From Stylophora pistillata (taxonomy: Eukaryota): a stretch of DNA of 64,000 bases. Position numbers and translations under genes: made by a program. The stretch lies in the NCBI RefSeq assembly GCF_002571385.2, contig NW_019218217.1, forward strand, positions 104,960 to 168,959, given 5' to 3'. This document shows, piece by piece, positions 35,560 through 48,894 of the stretch. Below the pieces are notes generated by a model. That model was given only the letters and a program-made list of their open reading frames with translations, had not been told where the DNA came from and did not search any database. Positions within the stretch are counted from its first letter, which is position 1, and every line of letters starts with the position of its first letter.

Positions 35560-37480
35560 GAATTACTGGTGGACTTTTTGTGATGGGCCACTTGGTGTGT
35601 TACAATTCTTCACAAAACATGTCTTTCCAAATTGGTATTCCTGCATGGATCCATAAATGCCTGCCAACCTGGTTTCATTGAATTGAAAACTTTTGGTTTA
35701 CCCACAACAGTTTCTAAAACTGAACCGATTCCATTTCCTTTAAGTAAACTTGGCAACATTCCAAGTGCATGAAGAAGCAATGGAAGAAAACCACTATTTT
35801 GCTGTTTCTTTGTTGGTTTAAAAGGGAATATCGTTCGCCACTGCAGCAGCAACACCATTTTTGTGTGCTGTTGTGAGCATAGGAATCAATTGTTGCATGA
35901 TTAATATTGCTTGAGGTGGAATCAATTTGTTGCACCACCATTTTGTGGTGTTCTATTTTTCATTCCTAAACTGAGTGCTTTATTGATGTGCCAGCAGCTG
36001 CCAAACTGGTTAGTGCCTCAGTTGCTATTCCGGGAAGTGCTTCTTTTTCCTATCTTCACAACAGCACTTGTGGCTTTGCTTAGAAGAGGTCTGGCAAATG
36101 GAGCAAGAGAAGCCCAAAGTAAATCTCCATATTGAACAACTTTCCTTATTTGTGCCTGAGAAATTTTTAAATCAATTAATACTAACATGCTGTAGCATTA
36201 ATTTTTTTTATTTTTATGATTTATGGTTTTAATTGTAAAATCATGAGTGACAGCTAGTTCAGCCTTCAATTCCACCATGATTCGAAGAAAAACTCATAAA
36301 TGTTCTTTTCATTATACAATATGCCTATACTGATTTATAAACCTTTTGACATATTCATTGTATTCATTTACAAATCAATTACTTTGAGTTTGATGAGATG
36401 GTCAAGAATTTGCTATGCTTCATTGCTGAGTTGAATATTATTGTGTCCTGCAAGTCTAATGTGCCTGTAAGAAGTTTCAATCCTGGAATCAAATCTTTTG
36501 GTGTTGTATAAAATACTTTTGAATCAACAAGATATTGTTTTCCACTGCTTCTGTGTTTTGGCATATTTGCAAGTCGGAGAGTTATTATTGAATATTATAA
36601 TAGCTTTCAATAGCACTACATTTCTCCTTTTCGTAATCAAATCCATCAAACTCTTATCGGCTTTTACCGTCATAATAATCTGCCCACCTTTTTGTAGTTC
36701 AGTAACCATCTCATTCGTCAGTCTTGGAACATTTATCATCAATTACCATATTATCCATTATCTATTTTATATGCATTTCTTTTCTTCTGTTTGTAGTTCC
36801 TCATTCCTTTTCCTTTCTTGATCGACTTTCATCTTATCACTTTTAAATCACCTTTTATAAGTTAGAATGTGTGAGTCTCTGTAAATTGAGGTGATTTAAT
36901 AACTGAATCAAAAAACTCCAAAAGAGGAGAATCTTTTTTTATTCTTTACTTCTTTCTTCAAATTTCCAATTTGTTGAGCAAAGATTCCAGATTCAGCTTT
37001 AAACTTATTAAAATCTTCTAGAGTTGCACTAAACAATTGTGATGGAAGTGGAAAAGCTTCTTCAATTACTCCTGATTTGAAAAATCAAAAGGTCACCGAG
37101 CACTTCAATGTCTTGTACAGATAACCCTTCATGAGCATAAAAGTTTTTGTTGGTGGTGGTTTGATCTCTGGCATTATTTTAAGTAATTCTCTGTTTAAAG
37201 TAATAATGATGTCTCTGTACGTTTCTGTGATATCATAGAGATCTTTTCTTATTGCCAACTGATTTTCCTTTAATTCACCAATTTGTATAGTTTTTCATCA
37301 ACTGACTTTTTCAATTCTGTCTGACTTTCTATAACAGGTTTGAAAAACTGTCTGCTTGCAAACTGTGAATCAATTATTTGATCATTATAATTTCTGACAG
37401 TTTGTTTGATTGCTTTTCTCATTTCTGAGGCTTCTGCTCTGTTTTCAGTGTTCTTTTTCAGTCTATTGATATCCAGATAT
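35560..37480 (-). pseudogene. Decayed Polinton accessory genes (basic/Gly-rich and coiled-coil-like ORFs)
   Basis: Fragments LSQAQIRKVVQYGDLLWASLAPFARPL, GFLPLLLHALGMLPSLLKGNG and YTTPKDLIPGLKLLTG resemble Maverick accessory ORFs; many stops. Confidence 0.45.
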
Positions 37481-37859
37481 AAATAGTCTATCTCAACTGA
37501 GCAATTAACTAATAAAATGTGCTTATGTACTTTCAGTCTGGCTATAATGTGTAAATAAAGATTTCTAACTTAATTGACAAGAAATCCAAATAAAACCAAA
37601 AGAGCCTTGAATGATTTCATTGGTGAACAATACAGAATACCGTAACTGTTTGTGATCAAAGTGGGTGCGGCAAAACAATTGTTGTGATGCGTATGTTGAG
37701 AGAACTATTGGTTTATTATGATAAAAATCTTTACACACTAAAGCAGCACCAAGAAAGGATTGTTGATTTACAAGAGGTAATGGTGACAATCTATATATTG
37801 TTTGAGCCAATTGGACTTTGATCATGCTGAGTGACTCTAATAGTGTACTTCCTTTAAAC

Positions 37860-39800
37860 GTTAACCCTAATTCAGGATAAAGCTGTTGGCAATACAACTG
37901 ATTCCACCTCTCATCCCTTTTTCAATGAATAAAAATTTGTCAACATCTGTTATCGCTGAGTTCAAGTTTGATGCCAACCATTTTAAATATTGCATCCCAA
38001 CTAAGACCAGGACTTGTAAAATAATGACAAGGATCTGAAGTTTATAATAATTATTGCAAACATGTATTTCTGACATTTTCAAACACTACATCAGCCAACA
38101 ACAACACATCACTTTGCAGATCTATACAAATCGTGATATTCACCCATATTTTTCAATTCGAATGTCTTTCAAACATTTTGAGCATGTTCATATTCTTCAT
38201 CTGTTATGTGCTTGCTAGTCAGAATTTCTGTAAAATTCTTCTCTTGGTGGCAGCTGTGTTTCTTCAAATTTTTCAAAGCTGTCCATGTAGTCATATGGAT
38301 AAAAACTTTTTTGTTTGATAAGTTTATATTTTCCATTTTTCTTGAACTTTTGTCTCGTGTATTTGAGATTGTCTTCAGGTAAATTATCAACGAGCTTTGT
38401 AAGAGAACTGCTCATAAACTGAAAATCGTCAAGAAACAACAAATTATTATTCAATGTGAAAGCCATGACATTTCTCCATATTATTTCGAATGTCATCCAA
38501 TTACAATCCTGATGTGCACTTCCTCTGAATTCTCCAGTAATATGATCATGATAGATCTCTCACTCTGATGCATTCTTTCAAAGGTTTATTGTGGTGCTTC
38601 TTGGCTATATCTTTGCAATATTTGTTTCTTCAAGAATCTGTTTAAAAAATTTCTCTACTGCATTCTTATACCCCTGAAATTCTGAACTTGTTTACTGAGT
38701 TTGTCATCATAACAATAAACCAATTTATGGGCATAACCAATCGATCTGTGTGCTTCTGATAAGCTTCTTTATAAGATTTACTTTCAAAAGGAGAACAAGG
38801 TTGTATTTTCTCTGTTATGGCCTCAAATCAGCATAAATGCAAAATGGAAGTGGAATCTGTCTGTATATAGCCATAGAAAACTTGTTCACATTTTTCTGGC
38901 ATTTATATACTCTGCTTTCCTTGTATAACAATACAATTCTCCTTATGTTTATTTTTACTACTAAAATCCTGCAGACAATACATGCAAAAATGTTTCCTCT
39001 CATTGTGCTTGGTTTTATGCCTCATCATTTTTTTAAAATATTTTATCAATACATAATGGCTCTTGTGATCATCACTTATCAATAGCAGGTTTATTTCATT
39101 CTCAACTTTTTCTTTTAAAATGTGAAGAGGGTAAAATTCCTTATTTTCATAACCGAAAACAATTTTAATGTCATTCTGTTTTCCGATCTTATTTTTGTAA
39201 TGTTTCAGTGAAACTGGAAAATCAACACCTGAATAATCCAATTTATCAACAAACTGTTGGTCTATCTTTTTAGTTCTTTGTTGATTAGTCTCTGCTGAAT
39301 TGAGATGCTTTGCATGGCACCTTCTAAAACATTCATTGTCTCCATTCTTCATATTTATCAAACTCTTTGTAAGTACTAATTTACTTGGAAGTTGCATAAT
39401 TATGAAGAGTCGGCCTTTCATTGTCCTATATAACGATATTTATAAATTGTTGATCAACTCTATCTATTGTCCATCCAGATCCTTTAGAAATCCAATTACC
39501 AATTGTATTAAGAAGTTCAGGGCTTAAAATTTTAAGATCCCTCTCAAGATCAGCCTCATTAATCACAATTTTTGAATATTAATTTAAAAATGCATTTTGA
39601 AATTCATCGTCACCATGCACCCTTCATTTACTAAAAAGTAATTTTTGAAGTCTCAACAAACTTAAGACCTTTCATTTCCAATAACTGACCTCTTACATGT
39701 AAAATATGAAAAATCGCTTTCCTTGTTTCTCTCAACTGTTTCAAAGCATTATTATCACTACGAATACTGATTTTAAATGATTTAGTAAATTCACTCAGTG
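37860..39800 (-). pseudogene. polB: Protein-primed DNA polymerase B (Polinton type), fragmented, C-terminus missing
   Basis: LINMKNGDNECF, DYSGVDFPVSL, HYVLIK, HFCMYCLQDF, IYAD, FLDDFQFMSSSLTKLV, FYPYDYMDSFEKFEETQLPPREEFY, FIEKGMRGGIS. Confidence 0.9.
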
Positions 39801-40974
39801 CTTTATCCTTGATTGTAATATTAGTTCTACGTGTTGGAACTGGTAAAAATTTTAATAGTCCTTGGTTTTGGAATACGAGGTACTATATTCTTTTTCTCAT
39901 ATTCTTGAACCATTTGCTTGACAGATTTTTGTGGTCTTGGCATTGGAGTTGGTTTTATTCAGCCAATCTTTTGTCCTTTGTTAAAATAAAATCAATCAAT
40001 ACAGATTTTTTAGTTTTTTTCAAATCTATATTTTTAAGATGGCTCATCTCCGTACTATAGTTAGATAAAATTTTTTCACCCTAATTCTTCGCCATACTCG
40101 TTTCTGCTTTTTGTACGTCATTTACCTTTAAAACGTTTCCTAAATGTTGAAAGACAAAGCTGAAATCTATAATAATTCTCTGAAAATTCTGGCTAAAGCG
40201 AGAATTCTCGTTAAGTGTGGTTTTAGACTTAGTTAAGAGGTAAGAAAAGGAATATAAATATAGTATTACTTTGAGCCAGTCAATGCAAAACTATAGAAAG
40301 CAGTTTGATTATTTCCCTTTCATTTTGGCAGTCTGATCTAAGTAAAATTTCTTTCACCTTCTTATTGTGGTAACGTTGTGAATTTGGCATAGAAGGAGAT
40401 GTTCAGTTTATACGGTAAATGGAAGTTGTAGTATATTTCGCGTTAAGCTGTTTTTGATTATGTCAATCTGCTAGTTAAGGATGAGAGTAAATCTCTGTAG
40501 TAAAAGTTCACCTCACACAGGAATTCCTGGAAATTTCTGCTTCTTGTACTTTTAATTATTTCCAGACCCGTTTTTTGAGATGAAATTCTCTGTCAAATTC
40601 ACGATCCATGAATATTTCTTAAAGTTTGATCTAACACCTTCAACACCCCTTTCTTTAAGATGACCCTGAGTGTAAGAAGCTTATACCTTTTTATCTTCGC
40701 ACTAAATTTTGAATTAGATAATCTGCTGTAAGATCACATAGCATTTGTGGGGTCGATACTTGTGAACGCCTCTTCTCCAATCTCCTGTTTATTTTGTTGT
40801 TATGTAGGTCTTCTAGGGCTGTTTTCTCCTAATATCTCTTTTCAAGAATGATTCTTGTTCTACCAATACCCTAATTATGATTTTTATATCATCAGTCTTG
40901 TTTCTGTTTTGGCCGATCTCAACCGTAAAAATTTTTTAAATTCAGGGTAGAAAATAAATTAATCAATCAATCAA

Positions 40975-42290
40975 TCGTTTATTCAACCCTACTGCAGTAA
41001 CAAGAAATTCGTCTAAAGTATCTGATGTAATATTTCTGGACCTGTCAAAAGCGTTCGACAGTGTCCCTCATGAGCGCCTACTTTTAAAACTCAATAGGTA
41101 CGGGATAGACGGGCAGCTGCACCTGTGGTTCAAGAACTTCTTAACCAATCGAAAACAAAGAGTTATGGTACGTGGATCGTACTCGGATTGGTCACCAGTT
41201 ACATCTGGTGTCCCTCAAGGCTCAGTACTTGGACCGGTTATGTTCCTTATTTATGTGAACGAAATACCTGGCATCATCACGTCTACTGCCAAATTATTTG
41301 CCGACGATACCAAAATCTACCGACAGATAAATAATATCGATGCTTCTATTGCTTTACAGATAGATCTGACCACCCTCGACCTATGGGCGGATCGTTGGCA
41401 GATGAAATTTAATTCTACCAAATGTAAAGTCATGAGAATTACACCTAACAGAGACAAAAAGTCCACACGGTACAATACATTGAGTACAGTGTTGAGGAAT
41501 GTATCTAATAACAAAGATCTTGGAGTTATTATGACTAGTGATCTGAAATGGTCAAAGCATGTTGAACAAATAGTTCACAAAGCAAATAAGGTTCTTGGCT
41601 TACTTAAACGCACAGTAGGCGGTAAAAACAAAGATATTTTTTCAAACTTGTACAAAACCTTGGTTCGTCCAATCTTGGAATACGCCTGCCCGGTGTGGTC
41701 AACACACCTCATCAAAACATCGATGAAACTGAGAAGATACAAAGAAGAGCCTCGCGAATTGCTTTAGGCCAAAGAAGACAAGAGATGGCGTATACGGAGA
41801 GGTGTAAAATTCTTAAATGGAACTCTTTAGTACAAAGGAGAGATTTCCTTTCCTTAGTGGAATGTTATAAAACTGTATTATATCTAAATGGTTGAATTTC
41901 AGCGACTATTTTAAACTTTGTAAAAACACTAAATCGAGATCTAACCACCCATATAAACTACAACTCAAACTCGCAAAACTGAACTGTTACAAAAATTATT
42001 TCTATGTCAGAATTATCAAACCCTGGAATAATCTTCCTGTTAATTTATCTAATTTTTGTGACAGCCCTAACGTTCGTGAGTTGAAATCAAAATTGAAGAA
42101 ACATATGCATATTTATTGAATCGTCATTTTATAATTGATATTTAGCTGTGTCTTATTTGACTTTCTTATATTTTTATTAACTAGTTCTGTAAGATTTATT
42201 ACATAAATAGGAGACCCTTGATATAGGGCCAACCTCTGGGTTTCCTTTTTCTTAATAACTATGTATTTGCATGTTGTTCTGAAATAAAGT
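40975..42290 (+). mobile_element. 5'-truncated CR1/L2-group LINE (RT 3' half)
   Basis: FLDLSKAFDSVPH, SGVPQGSVLGP, LFADDTK, KDLGV, LVRPILEYACPVWS; 3' UTR ending aataaa. Confidence 0.92.
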
Positions 42291-42299
42291 ATTGTTATA

Positions 42300-43690
42300 A
42301 CAACTGAATTACAGGGGGCGGTAGTGACATACTTTTCAAAATTTGACAGACTTTACAAAATCATTAAATCTTTTGCATTTGCCAGTAGAAGTCTGAAACG
42401 ATTGTGAGCCTGAGCGTAAATTATAACCGTGGTAGTAAACAAGCAGAACCCGAAAGAGACTACTAAGTGTTCCTGACATATGACAGGAATTTGCAAATTC
42501 ACGCAAGCTTGTTGCCGCCTACCGCTAAGGAGTTCAAGGTCAGCAAGAATCAGTGCGTCACTATAACAACGATCAGGGAACACAATATAAAGAGCTTTCC
42601 TCTGGAATTGTTCTAAAAGGTCACTTGGGTAGGCTGGAAGTGCCGCCCATGCAGGGGAGGCATATTCGAGCACAGAGCGAATCGTACTGCAATATACAGA
42701 TACTAATTGGGAAGGTGAAAGTCCACTTTTCTTAAGAATCCTCAACCCGGAGAGGCGTTTGGTTGCTTTATCGTATATGTACTCACCATGTGCGTTCCAT
42801 GAAAGGTCATCAGAAGCTATGACTCCCAGCAGTTTGTACTGGGATACCATTTCGATTAGGGCGCCCCTTATAAGTAGGGGACTAGAACATGTTGATTTAT
42901 ACTGGAGAAGGTCAACAGCCATCTCTTTGTACTTCTTAGGGTTAAGTTTCATTTTGCGCTCTAGGGAGTACTTATTTACGTTACATGCGATGTTTGGCAG
43001 ACAACTATTAGAGTTCCTGGTAATAAGTTCCATGATGGTGCGGTCATCAACGTACTTAAGACGAGTACAACATTCACTGGTCAGCCTATTCACAAGTATA
43101 GCGAAAAGAAGGGGAGCCAAGTGCGTACCTTGTGGGATACCACCACGAGGCGAGATGACCGAGGACAGTTGGCCATTATGCTAGGACTAGGAGGTTCCAA
43201 GGGAGAGAAGTCCAGAGTGAGGTTGCCGAGGAGCTGATTGAAACGCTCGGCAAGCAGAACCTCATTTGGCATCTGTTCGTCCAACATTTGTAGATGCCAG
43301 GGAGAGGAACTCCCCCGTTTGCCACTCAATTTATTGATTTCGCTCCACCAAAGCTTAACCTTCGAAGATCTTAAGGCAGCTACTTTGCAGGTGAGAAAGG
43401 TCTTCTTGGCGATAGAACAATTATTCTGCACAGCATTCCTGTAGGCTTTGTAAACCTCAGAATCCTTACCCTTGGTATGGAAAGCCTTCTGTCCATTGTG
43501 GATTAGAGACTTGATTTTGGCGGTAATCCATGGTTGATCAGACGAGCACACTTTTATCTTACGTAAGGGTAGATATGTATCTACAGCCGCAGACAGGATG
43601 TTGGTGAATACAGTGAGTTTGTTCAATGACAAGTGGCTCGTCATAAACAGACTGCCAATTTTGCTGGGTTATCCAGTTATCCAGCTGATT
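42300..43690 (-). mobile_element. Truncated L2/Crack-type LINE with internal deletion, tail-to-tail with the previous LINE
   Basis: DQPWITAKIK, GIPQGTHLAPLLF, KYVDD, KLLGV, IRSVLEYASPAW. Confidence 0.9.
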
Positions 43691-44269
43691 TTGCGTAAAC
43701 AACTCGAAGGTGCATACTTAATATGCAGGTACTGTTGCGCATAATTCAACGCGACTCGCTGGTTGAGATAGAACGATGACGATGCAAGAAGACTGACAGT
43801 CGTAGTAGTGTCACCTTTAGTGTTGCCTTAATACGCTAGGGAACAGCATTTTCAATCAGAGTGGAATTGAATTGAATTGAATAGTATTGACACCTGAGCT
43901 AGTCCTAAAAGAAGAAAGTTGTATTAAGAATCCAAGCCGAGAAATAAAGAAACATTAACTGGGTGTTAGAAAAAACTTCTAAGATTAATTACCCAAATCC
44001 CATGGTCAACCACAAAATCCCCAAGGTCACGATACCTCCGTATTAACCACCAACAAGAGTAAACCACTGCATACGCCTTATTCATAAGTGGCGGACGCGC
44101 GGTTAAGACCTGAGCCGAGTTCACCAAAACGAGGCTTACGAGGCATCGCTCGATCTATTGATACTGTAAGTCTTGTTCGAAGGTTTTTAGAATTATTGAC
44201 TGTTTACAATGTAGTTTAATTGAGGATCAGCTGATGTAACGTAGTTTGACATTGGCGAATGTTCAGTTA

Positions 44270-46378
44270 TAAAAGTGGCGGCGAGTTCTGCAGTGAATTT
44301 CAGTCAAGACGATATTCCTGGAGCGTCTTCAGAGGGAAGAAACCCTGCAGAGCTTAGCAACTATGCCTTGAGCTTTTGGCTAAAATGTAGGGGAGATAAA
44401 TGCAAAGGGCTGAAAACAAAAGCTCAGCTACTAAAACTGTAACGATCGATAAGCCAAATAACGATAACATAACGATCGATAGCCAAATATAAGTGGTAAT
44501 CTAAACGTCTTATGTTGAGCAAGTTAAATATAGTTTTGTTTCGATATCTGAGTGAAATATACTCTAATTCGAAACTTTTTCTCCAGGGTTGATGAATATA
44601 TCAAGTCGGGGTTAGAAGACGCGATAGTCGATCCTGATCCAGACTTAACTTATACGTAGAGGAAAATTGCAAGGGAGCGAGGAAGCAGCGGCCATGAGAC
44701 TGGAGCAAGTCCTTCTCAGTGTAAATGCCAGATCAATTACCCGACGAGTGGATGGGGGAGCTCACTAAAGAAAATGCCCCTCTTCTCCCGTGCCGAGATG
44801 GATAAATTTGTTGCACTAACTGGAAAGAGTTTGGGCTGTGCCGGTAAGAAATCTGTTCCAACCGGGCTCAAAAGAGCCACAACATTTCTAAAGGATGAAT
44901 ATCTTAAGAACATTGAAAGCTACAGTGGCCAAAGATACTTTTTCATGCGTTGCAAATGTTATCACTCCTTTCAAAAGAACGATCCCCCTCATAATGTATT
45001 TTTAGCATTATGTATTGTCTCAGGCGAAGTGCAAGACTCCAAATGTTCGTGTGTTGAAGGTTCCTTGGGCTACTGCAACCATTCTTTAGCCTTAATGCTG
45101 AAGGCTTGTAAATTTAGTCTATATGGGTCTCAAATTACTAAAGACCTAGAAAATGAAGCTGATCAGATCCCAGAGCAGCTTCGCACCTCAAAACTTCAAA
45201 CTTGGCATCAAAAAAGTCGCTGTGAAACCATCTACCCTCAGCCTGTTATGGATGTGGTTGTCTAAAAAACCAAACTGGAGGTTACAGAACGTGGAAATAA
45301 AGGGATTCATTGTCTTCTTTAAGAGGCAAGAAATAATGCAATGTACAACAGTGCAGAGGAGCAAAAATTCAAGCAGGCAATCAGAGATATAAACTCTCAA
45401 ATGGGTCTTGCTCAACTTGTTGATCTTGGGAGTGAAAGACATCTGAAAGAAACAGGATTCAGGCATAGTCCATTGGGCTCTTATTTAAGCTACCAGCTAG
45501 CCCACACAGAATCCAACTTTAATGTTTGTGTTGATATTTCCTCTGTGCCTCGGGGGAGGAAGAAAACCAGCCTTTAACCTATCCCAGGTTTCCTTTAAGA
45601 GATTGTGGACTGCTTACAGTTCAAAACAGTCAGCTAACAGATGTAGAGAAGAACCTGTATGAATCATTATGCATTGATGAGGAGACTGTCAATGCCATTG
45701 AGAGGGAGACTAAAAGATCAGTCACTTTCTGAAAGGTGGAAGCTTGAGCGAAAGTACCGTTTTACAGCATCTCAATTTCATCTGATATCCCACAGACAAC
45801 GCAGTCATGATAAATTTGCTCAAGAAATCATGTGCCCAAAGACATTCCACTCTAGACAAACAGCTCATGGGATTAAATATGAGCCAGTAGCAATTGACAG
45901 GTATCACAAATACATGCACAGTCAAAAAACACCAGTACATGTTTTCAAAAGTGGATTTGTTGTATGCACTAATTCTCCAATACTGGGATGCTCTGCGGAT
46001 GGAAAGGTAATAGACCCCAGTTGTGAAGATCCCTTTGGACTACTTGAAGTCAAGTGCCCGGAAACAAGGTTTCAAGTGAGTCCCCTAGATGCCTGCACAG
46101 ACCCCAAGTTCTTTTGGAAGAGGGTTGGGAACATGTGCAAGCTGAAAAGAACCCATGCTTACTATGCCCAAGGTCAGGGACAAAAGGGCTGAACTGGTGC
46201 ACAATGGTGCGATTTGGTTGTTTACACTAAAAAAGGGATGTCAATTGAAAGATTTGCCTTTGGCAGAGGTTACTGAGTTGAGCTTCAGGAGAAGCTTTGG
46301 CAATATTATTTCACAAATCTCATTAAGTATGCTGTAGCTGAATTTGCATCAACATGTACAGAAGCTGTGGGGGTTTGA
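44270..46378 (+). pseudogene. SWIM zinc finger + YqaJ/lambda-exonuclease-like protein of ISL2EU (intron ~44439-44586)
   Basis: CSCVEGSLGYCNH (SWIM), WKLERKYRFTASQF, HGIKYEP, LGCSADG, LLEVKCP, YYAQ.QGQ. Confidence 0.88.
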
Positions 46379-46869
46379 CATTCTACAACAGCATCATAAT
46401 CAAACATTTAATGCATAAAGTCTCAGAATGGTTTGAGAAATATCCTAAGGGGTAAATCCAATAGATTTGAAGCTCACAAAGACAGTGTAAAATTGTAAGT
46501 CTTTATCAAAATCACAAACCACTCATTAGTTTTCACTTTTGTGGGGCTGGTCAAGAGGCATACTGCAGTGGGTCATTAGTTCTTTAATCCTTCAAAAAGG
46601 GATGGGCTGTGTAATTTTTCACTACACATAAGGGCTGGGTTATCTTCTTTTCCCATTTAGGGGAGGAGGTCATCTAATTTCTGACCTCTATTTTGGGGTC
46701 AATTGTTTTTTTATTCCAAAGGTAAGGGGTTAGGTCATGTGCTCAGGTCCTCCCCCTGTAATTGTTGGCCTCTCGTTTACAGGTATCATAAACACATCCT
46801 TCTTTAGCCAAAACATTCAACATTATAAAAATTACAAATCAGCTGTCTAAAGCTTTCTATTGTTTCAGC

Positions 46870-48428
46870 TTGTTAAAATAGAGTATTGAATGTTGCAAAG
46901 AAACGCACAAACAGACCACATTTGATTTGCAATGCCAAAGAGATTCAGTAGGATAACGCTATCCTATATATGAAATTGTTTACTTTTATTAAAATTGCAC
47001 GTTCAACATGGATCCTCAGTCGTGCAATCTCCTGAGTTCTCACAACATCCTCCGGGGACATTTGCGTGGATGTTCCCAAGAATGGTGGAATATGCAAAGA
47101 CACACCTAAAGGTAAGATGTCACTTAAAATAAAACCTTTATCTGCCATGACAGAATCTCCTTCATTGAATGGCAGGTCAAGCATCCCTGACCTTTCTACA
47201 ATTTTTCTGTCTGATATACTTCCTGTATACAGTTGGCTTATGAAAGTGATAGCACCAGATGGAGAAATTTCCACAAGCCCTCTAAGTGTAGTATGATTCT
47301 TGTAGGCACTGAACAACTCACTATTCAGCAACAAGCTACTAGGCATTGCACACTTCACTTCCGTACAATGAATAATAACTCTTATACTTGGATATGACTT
47401 CCTGAAGTCTTCAGGCATTGTTCTGTTGACAGCTTCTCTTGCTGGCCAAATGTTAAGCACTCCAAATCGAAGATACATAAAATTGATCCAACTAATAATA
47501 ATCCTACTAACAGTTGCTTGAGATATATTAGACAGGTGGGAAAGGTGGGTTTCTGCAAATCGCTGTCTCAAGCGACACAAATTGAGAAAAAATTACTCTT
47601 GTGGTTTGAGCAATCTTGGTCTACCCCTCTTTACACCTACCTGCGGTGGAGACACATAGTGTTCTGAGGGTATCTTTCGCCTGACAACCAGTATCTGACA
47701 TTTTCTCCATTATCTCCCGGATCTAAATATTCAAAGGATGCCAAGAATGTTTTGTAGTTAGGAAAGCCTGTACAAAACAACATTGCCTCATCGGAGGTAA
47801 ATCGACTAAGTGAGAAGACATTTGACTGAAATGCTTGATTTTTGTCTTTCAAATCTGCAACTGTCTTCTCGAGATTTGCGCATTTTTTTTCAAGTAGCCT
47901 TAATGGTATACGGACCCCATTAAGATATTTCTCAGTGGAAGGCATTTCATTAAGACTGGTACTGGCGGCTCTTAATATAGTATTTTCATTAGTACCTGTT
48001 TCAGGAATATCGTTTGCTGTTTCAGGTGTTTTTCCAGGCTCCGAACACACTGAAAAAGACTCTTTTTCTGGGACAGATCTCTTCTCTTTTCGCAGTCGTA
48101 GATACGGCCTCTCGGTAGGGGAAAGTCGCTTTCGTGGTGAGGTTTGTTTCCAAGCAAATATCGACGGAACTGCATTTTTGTTCAGAGACATTCGTCCACC
48201 AAGACCCTTTGATATGTCACTAAGCTGGAAATCTAACGAACACACTTTTAATGCCTCGGAGATGCGAAAAAAGCTACCAACATCTCTACGTAAAGCATGT
48301 ATCCAACGTTTCTTCATTTCCTCTACGTCTGGAAACTTGAAGAATCCAATTAATTCTCCTTTCGGTCCGACACGCCCATTTTGTGCGCACAATGGTACGC
48401 AACAGTGAATATTTGACTTCGACGCCAT
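46870..48428 (-). pseudogene. THAP + HTH + DDE_Tnp_4 transposase of ISL2EU
   Basis: HCCVPLC..FFKFP..W..VCS..AVPSIF (THAP), ISQATVSRII (HTH), SAYKNHTT, VMADKGF, RIHVERAI. Confidence 0.9.
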
Positions 48429-48635
48429 GTTTATTGCGATACCTCCTAAGCCTCGTTTTGGTGAACTCGGCTCAGGTCTTAACCACGCGTCCGCCATTTA
48501 TGAATAAGGCGCATTGTTCAACAGAAACAAGCATATGAAATAGGAACTGTAGAGCCCAAACAAAAAAATTAAACTTTTCGTGCCCGTAGAGTCGATCGTC
48601 GAGTTGGTGGTCAACGGAGGTATATTTGTTTGGTA

Positions 48636-48894
48636 TGGTAAATTGGCCATCGCAACGATTACAAAAGCTGACGTTTCGAGCATTAGCCCTTCGTCGGAGG
48701 GAATAGAGGAATTGTGGGTTGTGTGCGCTTTTAAAGGCAGAAAATGGAGCTACGTTATCGGTGGACCACCAATAACGTAGTGTAATCGTTACGGTGGCCA
48801 ATTTACCATTCCAACTTTGTTGATATATCCTAATTATTTCGTTACCCCTATTGACGCAGCCCCAAACAGTTTCTTTAGAAACTATCAGCCTTTA
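48636..48894. mobile_element. Short hammerhead-bearing (Penelope-type) non-autonomous insertion in the right Polinton TIR
   Basis: 15-bp duplication tatatttgtYtggta (48621-48635, 48895-48909); internal inverted repeat tggtaaattggcca..acgattaca; minus-strand ccgacgaagggctaatgctcgaaacgtc is a decayed CUGANGA..GAAA core. Confidence 0.65.

Larger units (their letters stand above)
44073..48512. mobile_element. ISL2EU (PIF/Harbinger-related) transposon: THAP-HTH-DDE transposase plus convergent SWIM/YqaJ exonuclease gene
   Basis: ~78-bp TIR cgccttattcataa..ggcggacgcg.ggttaagacctgagccgagttcaccaaaacgaggctta; AT on both flanks; two convergent genes. Confidence 0.9.

Noticed and set aside
47842-48408. 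188-aa plus-strand ORF
   Set aside because: Antisense shadow of the THAP transposase.
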